This document shows positions 51,401-63,320 of a stretch of 64,000 nt of DNA, one piece after another. A program made the translations under genes and the position numbers. The stretch comes from Lingula anatina (Eukaryota; Animalia; Brachiopoda). Numbering within the stretch: the stretch's first letter is position 1; every line of letters starts with the position of its first letter. The notes beneath the pieces were generated by a model. The model saw nothing but the letters and a program-made list of their open reading frames with translations, searched no databases and was not told the origin of the DNA. The stretch spans positions 45,238,788 to 45,302,787 of the forward strand of contig CM120640.1 of assembly GCA_051362555.1 (NCBI GenBank), written 5' to 3'.

Positions 51401-54400
51401 TTTTATATTTTCGAGGAGATTTTTATTGTCTTAAATCAGCACAAAGATAGATGCATTTTTGAACTAGAGGATCAGAGAGGCGATACCGCCTCCGAATATT
51501 GTACCACCAGCTGGAGCAAGCGCATTCGTATAGACGCCCACATACACAAAATAAGGGACATAGCCACCAGTCTTATGCTTGACAAGCTATAAAAATGCAA
51601 TCAACAAGAATTTTCAAAATATGCAAAAAATATATATAACTTAAAATGGTACAATCAAAGTTAAGTTCATCGTAAGGTAGGTCAAAGGTCAATTTCAAGG
51701 TCACAGTAAATTGCCAGTATATGACTTCCTATTCAACTTCAATAGTAACTATGGACCTATCTCTGCCAGGTTTGGAGTTAAAAGAGAAAAAAATTAGCAG
51801 AGTTCAGTTCATGATTATAAGTAGGTCAAAGGTCAATTTCAAGGTCACACTTAGATTGTCAGTATATGACTTCCTATTCAAGTTCAATAGTAACTATGGA
51901 CCTATCTCGCTAGTTTTGGAAATAAAAGGGAACCAAAATTTGCAAAGTTCAATTCATGATAAAAAGTAGGTCAAAGGTCAATTTCAAGGTCACATTTAGA
52001 TTGCCAGTATATGACTTCCTATTCAAGTTCAAAAGTAACTATGGACCTATCTCTGCCAGTTTTGGAGATAAAAGGGAAGCAAAATTTCCAAAGTTCAGTT
52101 CATGGTGAAAGGTAGGTCAAAGGTCAATTTCAAGGTCACATTTAGATTGCCAGTATATGACTTCATATTCAAGTTCAAAAGAAACTATGGACCTATCTCT
52201 GCCAGTTTTGGAGATAAAAGGGAGGCAAAATTTGCAAAGTTCAGTTCATGGTGAAAAGTAGGTCAAAGTTCAATTTCAAGGTCACATTTAGATTGCCAGT
52301 ATATGACTTCCTATTCAACTTCAATAGTAACTATGGACCTATCTCTGCCAGTTTTGGAGATAAAAGGGAACCAAAATTTGCAAAGTTCAGTTCATGGTGA
52401 AAAGTAGGTCAAAGGTCAATTTTAAGGTCACATTTAGATTGCCAGTATATGACTTCCTATTCAACTTCAATAGTAACTATGAACCTATCTCTGCTAGTTT
52501 TGGAGATAAAAGGGAAGCAAAATTTGCAAAGTTCAGTTCATGGTGAAAAGTAGGTCAAAGGTCAATTTCAAGGTCACATTTAGATTGCCAGTATATGACT
52601 TCATATTCAAGTTCAATAGAAAGTATGGACCTATCTCTGCCAGTTTTGGAGATAAAAGGGAGGCAAAATTTGCACAGTTCAGTTCATGGTGAAAAGTAGG
52701 TCAAAGGTCAATTTCAAGGTCACAGTAAGATTGCCAGTACATGACTTCCTATTCAACTTCAATAGTAACTATGGACTTATCTCTGCCAGTTTTGGAGATA
52801 TAAGGAACTAAATGTTATAATTTTGGAGTTACCATAATGTGCCATAAATTTCCTACGGAAAAAATTAATTAATATAAAGAAAAGGTCATTTTGGTAAAAA
52901 TTCTTGAAATGGGAGGTGCTCTGAAGTTCCAGATGTTCAAATTTGATGAAATAATGTCATTTTCGACCACAAGTTGCCTGCTTTGCCAAGCCTTATGTTT
53001 TATTTTTCCGGAGTTCAAAATTTATTATCCATTACCATACTGCACATTTTGCTTTAACCACCAAAATGTACTTTTTGATACAGCGTAACTTTGGAGATAA
53101 AAGGAAAGCAAAATTTCCAAAGTTCAGTTCATGATGAAAAGTAGGTCAAAGGTCAATTTCAAGGTCACAGTAAGATTGCCAGTATATGACTTCCTATTCA
53201 AGTTCAATAGTAACTATGGATTTATCTCTGCCAGTTTTGGAGATAAAAGGGAACCAAAATTTGCAAAGTTCAATTCATGATAAAAAGTAGGTCAAAGGTC
53301 AATTTCAAGGTCACATTTAGATTGCCAGTATATGACTTCCTATACAACTTCAACAGTAACTATGGACCTATCTCTGCCAGGTTTGGAGTTAAAAGAGAAA
53401 GAAATTAGCAGAGTTCAGTTCATGGTGAAAAGTAGGTCAAAGGTCAATTTTAAGGTCACATTTAGATTGCCAGTATATGACTTCCTATTCAACTTCAATA
53501 GTAACTATGGACCTATCTCTGCTAGTTTTGGAGATAAAAGGGAAGCAAAATTTCCAAAGTTCAGTTCATGGTGAAAAGTAGGTCAAAGGTAAATTTCAAG
53601 GTCACAGTAAGATTGCCAGTATATGACTTCCTATTCAACTTTAATAGTAACTATGGACCTATCTCTGCCAGTTTTGGAGATATAAGGGACTAAATGTTAT
53701 AATTTCGGAGTTACCTTAATGTGCCATAAATTTCCTACAAAAAAAATTAATTAAAATAAAGAAAAGGTCATTTTGGTCAAAATTCTTGAAATGGGAGGTG
53801 CTCTGAAGTTCCAAATGTTCAAATTTGATGAAATAATGTCATTTTTGACCACAAGTTGTCTGCTTTGCCAAGCCTTATGTTTTATTTTTCCAGAGTTCAA
53901 AATTTATTATCCATTACCGTACTGCACATTTTGCTTTCACCACCAATATGTACTTTTTGATACAGCTTAACTCGAAAACTGTATGGAATACAAAAAAACG
54001 GAGACCACCTCCAGTGTTGGGCTTTACATGCTCTACAAAATGCAAAAAAGAATGGGTCTCTAGCATTAACGGTTCCCGAATTAGAGACAGTTTTCAGTTT
54101 CGGTATCTTTTGGCCGCTACACCCGTGAAAATGCACCGATTGACCCCAAATTCACACAGATGAAAGATGACCTGAAGGGTAACAATTTCCAATAATATTA
54201 TTGGTTAAGTCTGTGTGGTGTCTGAATAACAGCGCAAATAAATTTTTTTTCGTAAAAAAATTCATTTTTTTGAAAATTTTTGCCCATTTGACCTTGAAAT
54301 AAAGGTCAAAGGTCAAATCCAAGGGCATATTTGAAATCTACACATATGACTTTTGGAAAGCCGTCTGTAGAAATTTTTCCCATAATTCCTTCCGTAGGGT

Positions 54401-57400
54401 AGATAATTAGCATTTAATTTTGCCATTTTTGGACAAGGGTGCATTGCAATGAGTGCCACACCTAGACCCCAATACCGACAAAGCCCAAATTTTACGTGGA
54501 ACGAGTTGAGATTATAGGTGACCTAAATCCAAGAGATGGGTATGGGGGCCCTTACCGTCTAGGAGGAGAAGCGGTAACGGTAACATGGCGGCGGAGCCGG
54601 CGGAGCCGCAGGAGCCGGCGGAGCCAGCGGAACGGACCGGACGGGACTAAAACCATGTGTACTGCCAGCGCTAACGCTGGTGGTACAATAATTAGAGGCA
54701 GGTAAAAAACTCATTTTCGTTATCTGGATGATAATGAACAGTTACAATATCCTTAAGCTGATGCTTTTCTGTCCACATTTACATAACACACTAATGTATT
54801 TCAAACTGCTAAGCTCTATCAAATATTTATGAATTCACCGAAAACTAAAAAAAAAAACCCTTCCATATCTCAATTCTTAACCTGAGTACTAAATACACCT
54901 CGTGCCTCAATTCCAGTCAAGCTTTTCTAGGAAAAAGTTTTCACTGCAGGTGTGAGAAAAGCAGGTGATTTTTATGTTGACTGATTGTGCTCCATTACAT
55001 CACAACTGTTTCCACTTTGATAAAATACATGAATACATCTGAAAATTCCAGGAAAGAAGCATGTTTTCTGATGAACTTAGCAATAGCATATAACAGATAA
55101 GGCATGGTGATTTCCATGAATCCAATGATAATGATATTGATAATGTCACCATAATGGTAATAAAATGAAGGCCATGCCCCGTAAAGAAACAACCATGGCT
55201 GGTGAAATTTAACAAAGTTTATAAAATTGTAGCTCCGAAGAAAAAAAAATTAATTCATTTAACAGACTTATGCACAACATGTCAATTTTTGTTCAGCCAA
55301 TTCTATCTCCAGAAGGTGTCATTTTTCCACGGCAGAACCAGGACACATTCTGAAAAACTCTGAATTTTCACCACCACTATTACATGTAGTGTAGTAAACA
55401 ACGCATACTCTTAGAGTCTAAGAGTCTATCAATCCATATCATTACCTGAGCCATACTGAGATTTTGTGCAATCTGAAGGATAATGTTATGGTCCACACCA
55501 TAATCATGAGCAAGGGTCTTCAAAAACACAGCTTTGTCTTCAGGTATCAGATTACAGTAGAAATGACACAAGTCCCTGGCTTGGTTCTGAAAAATCAAAA
55601 GGTTGATGCCTCTTTGCAATCCCACAAACGAAATTTGTGCAAAATTGTTTGTAAACAATAACTTTTGCAGACTTATTGCATCATAATTTTTAGGATGATG
55701 AGTCGTATTGAATACCTGATATATATTTTTTTCCCTTAGGCCATAACATTTAATATAGGCAACATATTGTAACATAGTTAAAATGATTAGGATAGTGGGG
55801 CTATATAATAAAAGTGGAATTGTTTGACCAAATCTCAAACAACCAATACTAGTTACCTTCTTTTTTGTTGTAAATAGGACTGTGAATGTTTGTGGTACAA
55901 TGGGATGGAGGAGACACAATTTATATTTCCTCCACATTGCGTGGTATATGATCCCGTTAGTAAAGTAACTTCACAAACAAAATATTAAGGCCCCTTTTAT
56001 TAAATTTCCAAACCGAAATGAGAATTAATACGAAATTCACTTAATATAATTGGTCATGAAAATCTGTAATAAACTGCCAAGAATATGATCAAAATATGGC
56101 CAAAACTATAATGATAATAAGTTAAGAATTAAAAGATTTTTTTGGGGGGGTGCAGAAAGGCCAAAAAGTGGACAAACATAAAAATGAGAAATTCAGGAAT
56201 ATGTAAAACAAAATTCATACCTGAGAGTCGGAAGATAGTACTTATGCCAAAATTCATGCCAAACTGTGTGGAAAAAAATTGCACTTATGCCAAAAGTCAT
56301 GCTAAATTGAGCAAGGAAAAAATTTAGCACAGCAAGCATGATGCAATCCAAATTACAGTGAGTCTGTCAAAACATTTGCCAAAGTAGAATTACACAAGCA
56401 TTGCTTTTTATGGGGAGTTCTAAATGGAAACTGTGGAAAATCAAAAATGTTATCATCTAAATTATGACAGATCCAATTTATCATTAAGTATAATGGAAGT
56501 GTTATATAATTACCTATGGTCTTGCTTCTAAAAACAATTTATGACAGATTAAAGAATTTGCCTGATGCAATAAAGAGTAATGCTACCCTTAATATTTATT
56601 TCAAATGCATTAAGGGCACTCTGCCATATAATGGGGTGAACTTTCTTTTGTCAGACAAAATACTTCATTTTTTGAATAAACATTTTTGAACAATATATAG
56701 TGAAAGAATTTAAATATCTACTAGTACTTTGTAAGTCTATAACTAGTACAATGTTTATTTAATTTTAAATGTATATTGTAAATTTTCATGTAAAATTTTA
56801 TAAATTGTTTGAAAAAATATAGCACCATCATGAAAAGTTTGCATCATTGCCCAATTTTACATGCTTCAGGTGAATCCAAACCTAAAACATATGGAACGCC
56901 GTTTGTACAAAAAAGATGAAAGTATCATTTTGATAAGAAAATTTTTTTTGCGAGGTGTTAACATCATTTTCTTGTCAAAGCGATGAAAGTGACAATCTCA
57001 AAATGATGTCAGCACCTCACAAAAATTTTTTTCTTATCAAAATGATACTTTCATCTTTTTTGTACAAACGGCATTCAATAAAAACAGAGATAAAACATTT
57101 GCAAGGCAGCAAAGCTGTCAAATGTACACACAAAAAGCAGAAAATAATGCACAAGATATGATACTGTCAATTCTGATGCAATAATAAATTATACCTAACT
57201 GCAAAGTCAACATCAAATTTTAATTATGCACAACAGGTAATACCGACGAAAGTAGAAGCACAAGGCTTCAGGCCCATGAGAGTTCAAGTTCACACTTAGA
57301 AAATGCCAGAATGAGAAAAATGAAAATTTCACAAAAAAATGCATAAATTCAATAAAAAATGATAATCCAATATTGCTAGTTTTCTAATTTGAGCTATATT

Positions 57401-57814
57401 TCAATCCTAAGAATCATTCTTGTCAGTTAAAAAAATTAATAAGTAACACAAATTTCTTTTCATAATCCTTGTGGTGGCAGTGCACAAAGTAGGATGTGTC
57501 TGACATAAAAAGGGTTTGGAAATATTGCTTTCACAGCAGTATTGTCAATATCATTTTGAATATGCTGTAATGTTGTAAGTTACCAAGTCCCATCCTCCAT
57601 ATATGTCTCATCCTCTGCCACCCTATACCTATTTACTTCATTCACATTTCCATAACTTTTTAGAAAATACAGTTACTTTCATACAGTTCTTTTTACTATT
57701 ATTCTGAAAGTAGACTAATTAGCTTAAAGCTGATACATTTGTACCTAGAAAGCCATGGTCTGTGCTACACCACACGTGATGTGCTACAAGCTTGTTTCAT
57801 CACTTCAGATATCA

Positions 57815-57862
<48 letters not shown>

Positions 57863-60800
57863 AGCTTATAATTGTAACAATTTTTTATAGTGTAAAAATT
57901 AAGGTCTTGAAATATGAATGTGAAGTTGTGCAAAAGAAAAACATTTCAGTTTATGTAACATCGACAGGATATTAGCAGACCAGTTCAGGAGGAATGCCCT
58001 AAGCAAAATGGAAAAGTTGGCAGCAATACTGCTGCAATCTAAAAGTCTACAGGAGTTTGCAAGAAAAATTTTATTGCTGCTAATTTGCAGCCATATTGTT
58101 GCAAATTTGCTTCAAATTTCCAAGAAGGAATTGCAGTTTGTAGCAAAATTGCTGCAAATTTGCTGCAAATTTGCAGTAGTCCTGATATTTTGCTAAGGGT
58201 GACTACCTATATCTTTGCTATCAAAAAAGGTTATTTTTTCCTTTTAACACACCAGGGTTACAGTATAAACTGAACCAACAGGATACAATTCAAATGTAAA
58301 CAGTGCATTTCCAAGTATTCACTTTAATCCTTTTCCCAGTAAGTTTCCAGTAAACTGCCAACCTGCTTCCTATCCGTTCATTAAAAATTCTTTATCAAGC
58401 CTAACCTTTGGTGCAACTTAATCTCTAATCAAAATTGCTCAGGCTTAACTATTTTTCAGCCCATGCTGCTATTCCCTGGATTTCATAGTTTGCTCAGAAT
58501 GCTGTACTGACCACTCACTAATTACTTATCATATCATTTTCGAAAAAAGAAATATGAATAAAATAAATTTGAATAAAATATCATCATCTGTAGGAGTATA
58601 CCAAATTTTAATTATTCTTTTAATCAACTTTATGGAAATGTGTGAAGATTTTTAATGCTTCACTCTAGAGACAACAATGTTGCATAATGTTCAGATGTAA
58701 GAACATATAAGTTAAAGGAATAAACTAGAGGATCACCAGGAATTGTACCACCAGCGAGATTTAATTCATTCAAGTTAAATGGCAGCTATGGATGTATCTG
58801 TTTCAGCTGTAGAAAAGTAGAGGCTGATAAAAATGTGAAGCACATTTAAGGAGATAAAGTAAGTTAAAGGTCAAATTCAAGGTCACATTAAGATGCCCAA
58901 TATAAGATTTCCTATTCAAGTGCAACAGTAACTATGGATGTATCTCTGCTAGTTTTGGATAAATAAGGGCTAGAAAATTTGAAAAGTGCAGTTCATGGCA
59001 AAAAGTAGGCCAATGGTAAAATTCAATTCTACAATGCACCAACCATGAGGCCTCTAGCTTTTCAGTTTTTCAGCTTTGGCATCTTATATTATAATTATCA
59101 TTATTTGACTATGGGTGAAAATGTCAAATCTTGTTGTGCAATTTGAACATCTTACTCTTTTGATGAACATGAACAATAGCTTAATATTTGAAAATAATTG
59201 GCCGATTCAACTGGTGGTAAGTAAGTTGTAAATTGTGATTGTACAGCAGTCCCTGCATAACTGTTTACAACATCTTAGATGTTATTTAATGTATTAATAA
59301 TCGGGTTGGTATTGATCACCAGTGCAATGTTTCATCATGTGTTTGTGGAACAAAAAAAAAAAAAAGACTCATTTAAGATGATGCAAATATTTCATGATGA
59401 GCAATGGAAATGGACAGCTTTATGTTTCTGAATTTCTTTTCAAGTACTAGTAAATAAAATGCTATCAACATTAAATTTCTGTTGCTAGCATAACTGACAT
59501 AACTGCTTAATGACATTTGATTGCTTTCATTATTATTGGTAATACCATGTCAACTTGTCAACTAATTATAATAAAAGCTGATTTTAATCTAGAATAACTT
59601 GTTCCTTCCTCCAACAAAGAAAATAAAATAAGGAAAAGAAAATAAAACAGAAAATAAGGACTACTTACATCTGCCACTGTAGTTGAACTGGTTTCTTGTG
59701 CTCCCAGAATGCTGTCTAGCATTTCATGTGCCCTGACTGCTAATGAGGACATACTGTGACTGGGTGACATTATGGTGGTAGGAGATGAAGATGAAGAAAC
59801 CACAGCCTGGAAGAGTAAACAATGAATTATTAACTAATTAATACAAACTTTCCTTCAGCACGTATTTTGGAGGTCCTTCATGCAAACCTCTTTTTTAAAA
59901 TCCCTGAAGTTTTTCCAAATACGGGTTTTCAAAGTGATATGAATATGACTACCCATTTTTACCTCCACCAAGGAGGTTATGTTTTCACCCCTGTTTGTTT
60001 GTTTGCTCGTTTGTTTGTCTGTAATCAACATAACTCAAAAAGTTATGGACCAATTTTGACGAAATTTTCAGCAACTGTCAGAAGTGGGCCAAGGAACAGA
60101 TGTTTAGTTTTTGGTGGTGATACAGATCAACAATCAATCAATAATCAATAATAATCAAAAATTGCTGCCTTGGCAGAGGTCCGTGCTCTCGGAGTGCTTT
60201 TCTAGTTTACAGTTGGTATGGGTCCAAAAATATATCAGAGTTTAAAACCCATGGAAAACATTAATTATCAATGAACAGATAATCAACAAATCAACTAGAG
60301 GATCAGAAAGGCGATACTGCCTCTGGGTATTGTACCACCAGCTGGAGTAGGCGCATTCGCCTCTGGAAAACAAAAAAAAAAAAAAAAAAAAAAAAAAGGA
60401 CATCACCAGTGTTATGCTTGACAAGCTCTATAAAATGCAGCGAACAAGAGTTCTCAATATTTTTGTTGAAAATTACTAATGGCCACTTATCCCAGGAAAA
60501 TGCATCAAATGACCCCAAACTCACTAAGATGAAAGATGACACCTGCTCATAATATTATAGGTTAGGTCTGTGCAGTTTCTGAAAATCGGCACAATTTTTA
60601 TTTTTTTGAAAAAAAATTCCTATTTAGAAAATTTTGGCCCCTTTGACCTTGAAATAGAGGTCAAAGGTCAAAACCAAGGGCATATTTGAAATCTCCACAT
60701 ATGACTTTCAGTCAGCCATCTAAAGAAATTTTCACATAATTCCTTCGGTTTGGTAGATATTTAGCATTAATTTTTTTTTAATACTGGAAAAGGGTGCATT

Positions 60801-61253
60801 GTGACAAGCGCCACACCCAGACATGAGCACTGCCAAAGTCCGAAATTCTCATGGACCGAGATGAGATTATATGTGACCTACATACAAGAGATGGGTACAG
60901 GAGCTCTTGTAGTTTAGGAGGAGAAGCGGTAACAGTGACGTCGCTGTGGAACTGGCAGAGCCAACAATGCCAGCTGACAATACTGGTCAGGACTAAAACC
61001 ATGTGTACCACCAGCGCCACACTGGTGGTACAATTAAATCACGGCAATCTTCTTTTCCTAACATTCAACAGGTGAGTTTGTTTTGCAACACAGGTCATAT
61101 CAAATGGACTGTAATATGAACATCTAGGCAGGCCATGATCTGACAATGATAAAAAAGAGGTTGCAAAAATTTAAAGATATTGAATTCCTATCTTAAAGAT
61201 ACAATTATTATATATTTATATTAAATCAAATTTTATGTTACAATTATAAGCTC

Positions 61254-61321
<68 letters not shown>

Positions 61322-63229
61322 GATGAAACAAGCTTTTAAACAAACACATCTTGAAAATATAAGTGAAAAGTATGCCACTTGCATAATAAAACAATCATAT
61401 AGTTAATATGTTTAAGAAAGGAATAAAAGAACACTGTTAAATGGTGGTTTTTAAAAGCACAGATATATAATGTGGTTTAAGATCTTTCATAATAGAGGCA
61501 CCCTAGACACTCCTGTTATCAGTGCCATCTAATTTAAAACACTGCCACCTGCATGCTAATGTATTCACAAGTTAACTTTGCAGACAAAAAAGTGTTTAAA
61601 AATTCTAAGTAACACAAATATACAGTATGTACTTTCATGTGAAGTTATCCAAAAGAAGTTATTTGTTAAAATAAATTACACTTTGTTATTCAATTTATGC
61701 AAAGCCCTTCTTTGAGTTATCAATGGTTTAAAAAAAAGGAAAATACAACAATCCCTCTGTCAGCGGGAACACTAGTCAGCGGGATCATGACTATGATTGA
61801 TGATCTGCATTATTCAAACACTGTTTACTAGATTTTCATTGGATTTGGAATGTTACACATGCAGTGAATTATCAGCCATATGTCATGAGCTGAGACCTGC
61901 AAGGTGGTCAGAATAAGGTAGGTGGGAAAATTAAAATGCCGTTTGAGCCATTTCAACTACTCTGAATGCTTAGGCTGCGTTCACATGAAAAATCTATTTT
62001 CTAAAAATCTAAAAATCTATTTGCGGTATCTCTGTGCCCTGAATACCCCACGGCGTAATTACTGGCAGTGCCGAGAATTAATTACAGCTTTACGCAAATA
62101 GATTTTTAGATTTTTAGAAAATAGATTTTTCATGTGAACGCAGCCTTACTGTGAGTGTGAACTTTTTTAATGTAAGATCCCAGCATAGGTAACCCAATAA
62201 TGATCAATTAAAAACTGATTATAACAGAATTGAATTATGAATAACAGAAGTACTTTGTACTGAAACTGTTCCTGCTGTATCTACCTCCATTGTCTTCATT
62301 TTTTTTTTCTTAAAAAAACTTTCTTCGAACATTTGCTTATTTTTTATCTCAAACTATGAGAAACCAAAAGAGCTATAGGTATATGGCTTGATATAACCTT
62401 TTCATCCTATCAGCAATTATCATTCTTTAATTATAAAGAGATGTTTGGTCTAATATATCCTGTATTCGGTACCAGTTAAAAAAAACTGAAAACATGCTAC
62501 AAAGTTAATATCAAATGAAAAATGTTATACCAGTAAGCATATGAAAGTCCGCCTGAGGACTGTTGTTTTCTATTTAATTATATGCATTTTTTATATACTG
62601 CAGGTCTAATTTCAAAACTTAATTGGCCTATGCAGCATGTTATCATTTTCCCGTATGGTAAATGCAGGCTTTCAAAAAGTGTTGACACCTAAAAAACAGC
62701 AACAGCTGTAGAGAAAATTCTCCAGTTTATAAAACACCATCATATCCACCAACCATCCCACTTCTCTGATTAATCTACAAATAACCACAGTCGCCTAATT
62801 ATTGTTTCAAGAAGATTTTATTTTGTTTTGTCTAGCTACTCCTTCAGATTTTACTCTAAGTTTTGTGTTAACATTAACATTAAAAATCACATAACGTCGC
62901 GTCTTACCTCATTTGTTCTACTGGTCATGATCGATCGTGGGGGAACAACACCGGGCACATGCTTCTTTACAATAATCAACGTGAATTTACACTGAAACCC
63001 CCGGCTGCCTAGATCATTTCCAAGAATCCACTGATTCAGTTCTTGGAAAAACGTAATCCAGACCGAGGGCGAAGGTCAAACGTCACATTGCCTGCCAGTG
63101 CCGGTCTGGTAGTAGTGCTGTTCTTTTAATCGATACGTGGCGTATCAGCGTTGTATTTTGTTTTTGGTGCATTCTAGGCCTTACCTGTGGTCGAAATAGT
63201 CCTTTAAATGATTTTCTTAGCGAATACAT
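42436..63229 (-). CDS. MLYCD: Malonyl-CoA decarboxylase, about 508 aa with the mitochondrial first exon
   Basis: Exons: 63229-63185, 59806-59669, 55586-55446, 48750-48610 ([13 protein letters not shown]), 48069-47911 ([23 protein letters not shown]), 47130-46966 ([31 protein letters not shown]), 45540-45426 ([12 protein letters not shown]), 45003-44845 ([23 protein letters not shown]), 43137-42907 and 42668-42436 ([23 protein letters not shown]). Phases are consistent throughout. Confidence 0.96.
43628..44137. repeat. Diverged tandem duplication of about 250 bp in an MLYCD intron
   Basis: The block GACTAAAT..GATTTCAATTTTT..AACAAACCAAAACT..TGAGGAATTTTGCAGTACTG..TTTTCTCCACTTT occurs at 43628-43877 and again at 43878-44137. 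Confidence 0.85.
51462..54691 (-). mobile_element. Non-autonomous Helentron-type element (HINE/DINE-1/pearl-like) carrying an internal satellite array
   Basis: Read on the minus strand: 5' subTIR ATTGTACCACCAGC (54689-54676) with an adjacent partial inverted repeat, a short GC-rich minisatellite (GGAGCCGGC)n at ~54585-54640, the internal array, the 3' subTIR (51511-51498), a stem-loop GAGGCGGTATCGCCTC and a terminal CTAG-TT. No TSD is seen. Confidence 0.85.
51650..53970. repeat. 146-bp tandem satellite array (8 + 4 monomers) with a duplicated ~290-bp spacer
   Basis: AGGTCAAAG starts at 51679, 51823, 51968, 52114, 52260, 52406, 52552, 52698, 53143, 53289, 53434 and 53580. The spacer at ~52800-53090 is repeated 882 bp later at ~53685-53970. 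Confidence 0.95.
56890..57080. mobile_element. Palindromic MITE (about 80-bp arms, TA-flanked; Tc1/mariner-like by inference)
   Basis: GCCGTTTGTACAAAAAAGATGAAAGTATCATTTTGATAAGAAAA.. is mirrored by ..TTTTCTTATCAAAATGATACTTTCATCTTTTTTGTACAAACGGC. Confidence 0.8.
57818..57860. repeat. (TA)n microsatellite
   Basis: Direct reading. Confidence 0.95.
57997..58199. mobile_element. Degenerate MITE-like element with internal TTGCAGCAAAT-type repeats
   Basis: The ends CCCTAAGCAAAAT ... ATTTTGCTAAGGG are inverted repeats, with internal GCTGCAAATTT repeats in both orientations. Confidence 0.55.
58722..59040 (-). mobile_element. Truncated, older copy of the same Helentron-type family with degenerate 146-bp monomers
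   Basis: Starts with the AACTAGAGGATCA..ATTGTACCACCAGC end, followed by AAAGGTCAAATTCAAGGTCACATT..TTCCTATTCAAG..AGTAACTATGGA. Confidence 0.7.
59958..60207 (+). mobile_element. Short non-autonomous Helentron/DINE-like element of a second family
   Basis: 5' TTTACCTCCACCAAGGAGGTTATGTTTT, a (GTTT)n microsatellite, 3' subTIR CCTTGGCAGAGGT, hairpin GTGCTCTCGGAGTGC and terminal CTAGTT. Confidence 0.8.
60293..61035 (-). mobile_element. Array-less copy of the 51462-54691 Helentron-type family
   Basis: Has the same termini (AACTAGAGGATCAGAAAGGCGATACTGCCTC..ATTGTACCACCAGC; GACTAAAACCATGTGTAC..CTGGTGGTACAAT) and the same core (TTTGACCTTGAAATA..GGTCAAAGGTCAAA..CCAAGGGCATATTTGAAATC), but no 146-bp array. 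Confidence 0.85.
61257..61317. repeat. (TA)n microsatellite
   Basis: Direct reading. Confidence 0.95.
61973..62145. mobile_element. PIF/Harbinger (Tourist-like) MITE, recent insertion
   Basis: Perfect 53-bp TIRs beginning GGCTGCGTTCACATG, with a TTA target-site duplication at 61970-61972 and 62146-62148. Confidence 0.9.
62908..62928 (-). CDS. MLYCD alternative first coding exon without presequence (MTSRTNE)
   Basis: Strong donor GAG|GTAAGA at 62908/62907, in phase 0 matching exon 59806, with a single in-frame ATG at 62928 in a CpG-rich region. Confidence 0.5.
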
Positions 63230-63284
63230 CGTAATACTAACAGTAAATACACGTTAAAGTCGCGTTCAACTGGACTAACTCAGT

Positions 63285-63320
63285 TCCAGCTAGACTTCCG
63301 GTTGTGCAATACGTCATCGG
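63285..63320. promoter_or_regulatory. MLYCD core promoter motifs (ETS site, CRE-like site)
   Basis: ACTTCCGG at 63294-63301 and TACGTCA at ~63310-63316, just upstream of the first exon in a CpG-enriched stretch. Confidence 0.4.

Noticed and set aside
51650-53970. CRISPR-like array, or repeated small ORFs (51721, 52891, 53332, 53773)
   Set aside because: The units are near-identical along their whole length with no unique spacers, the context is eukaryotic with no cas genes, and the ORFs are by-products of the satellite.
54496-54705. Arg-rich ORF (RRSRRSRR) resembling a protamine-like peptide
   Set aside because: Translation of the GGAGCCGGC minisatellite in the Helentron end.
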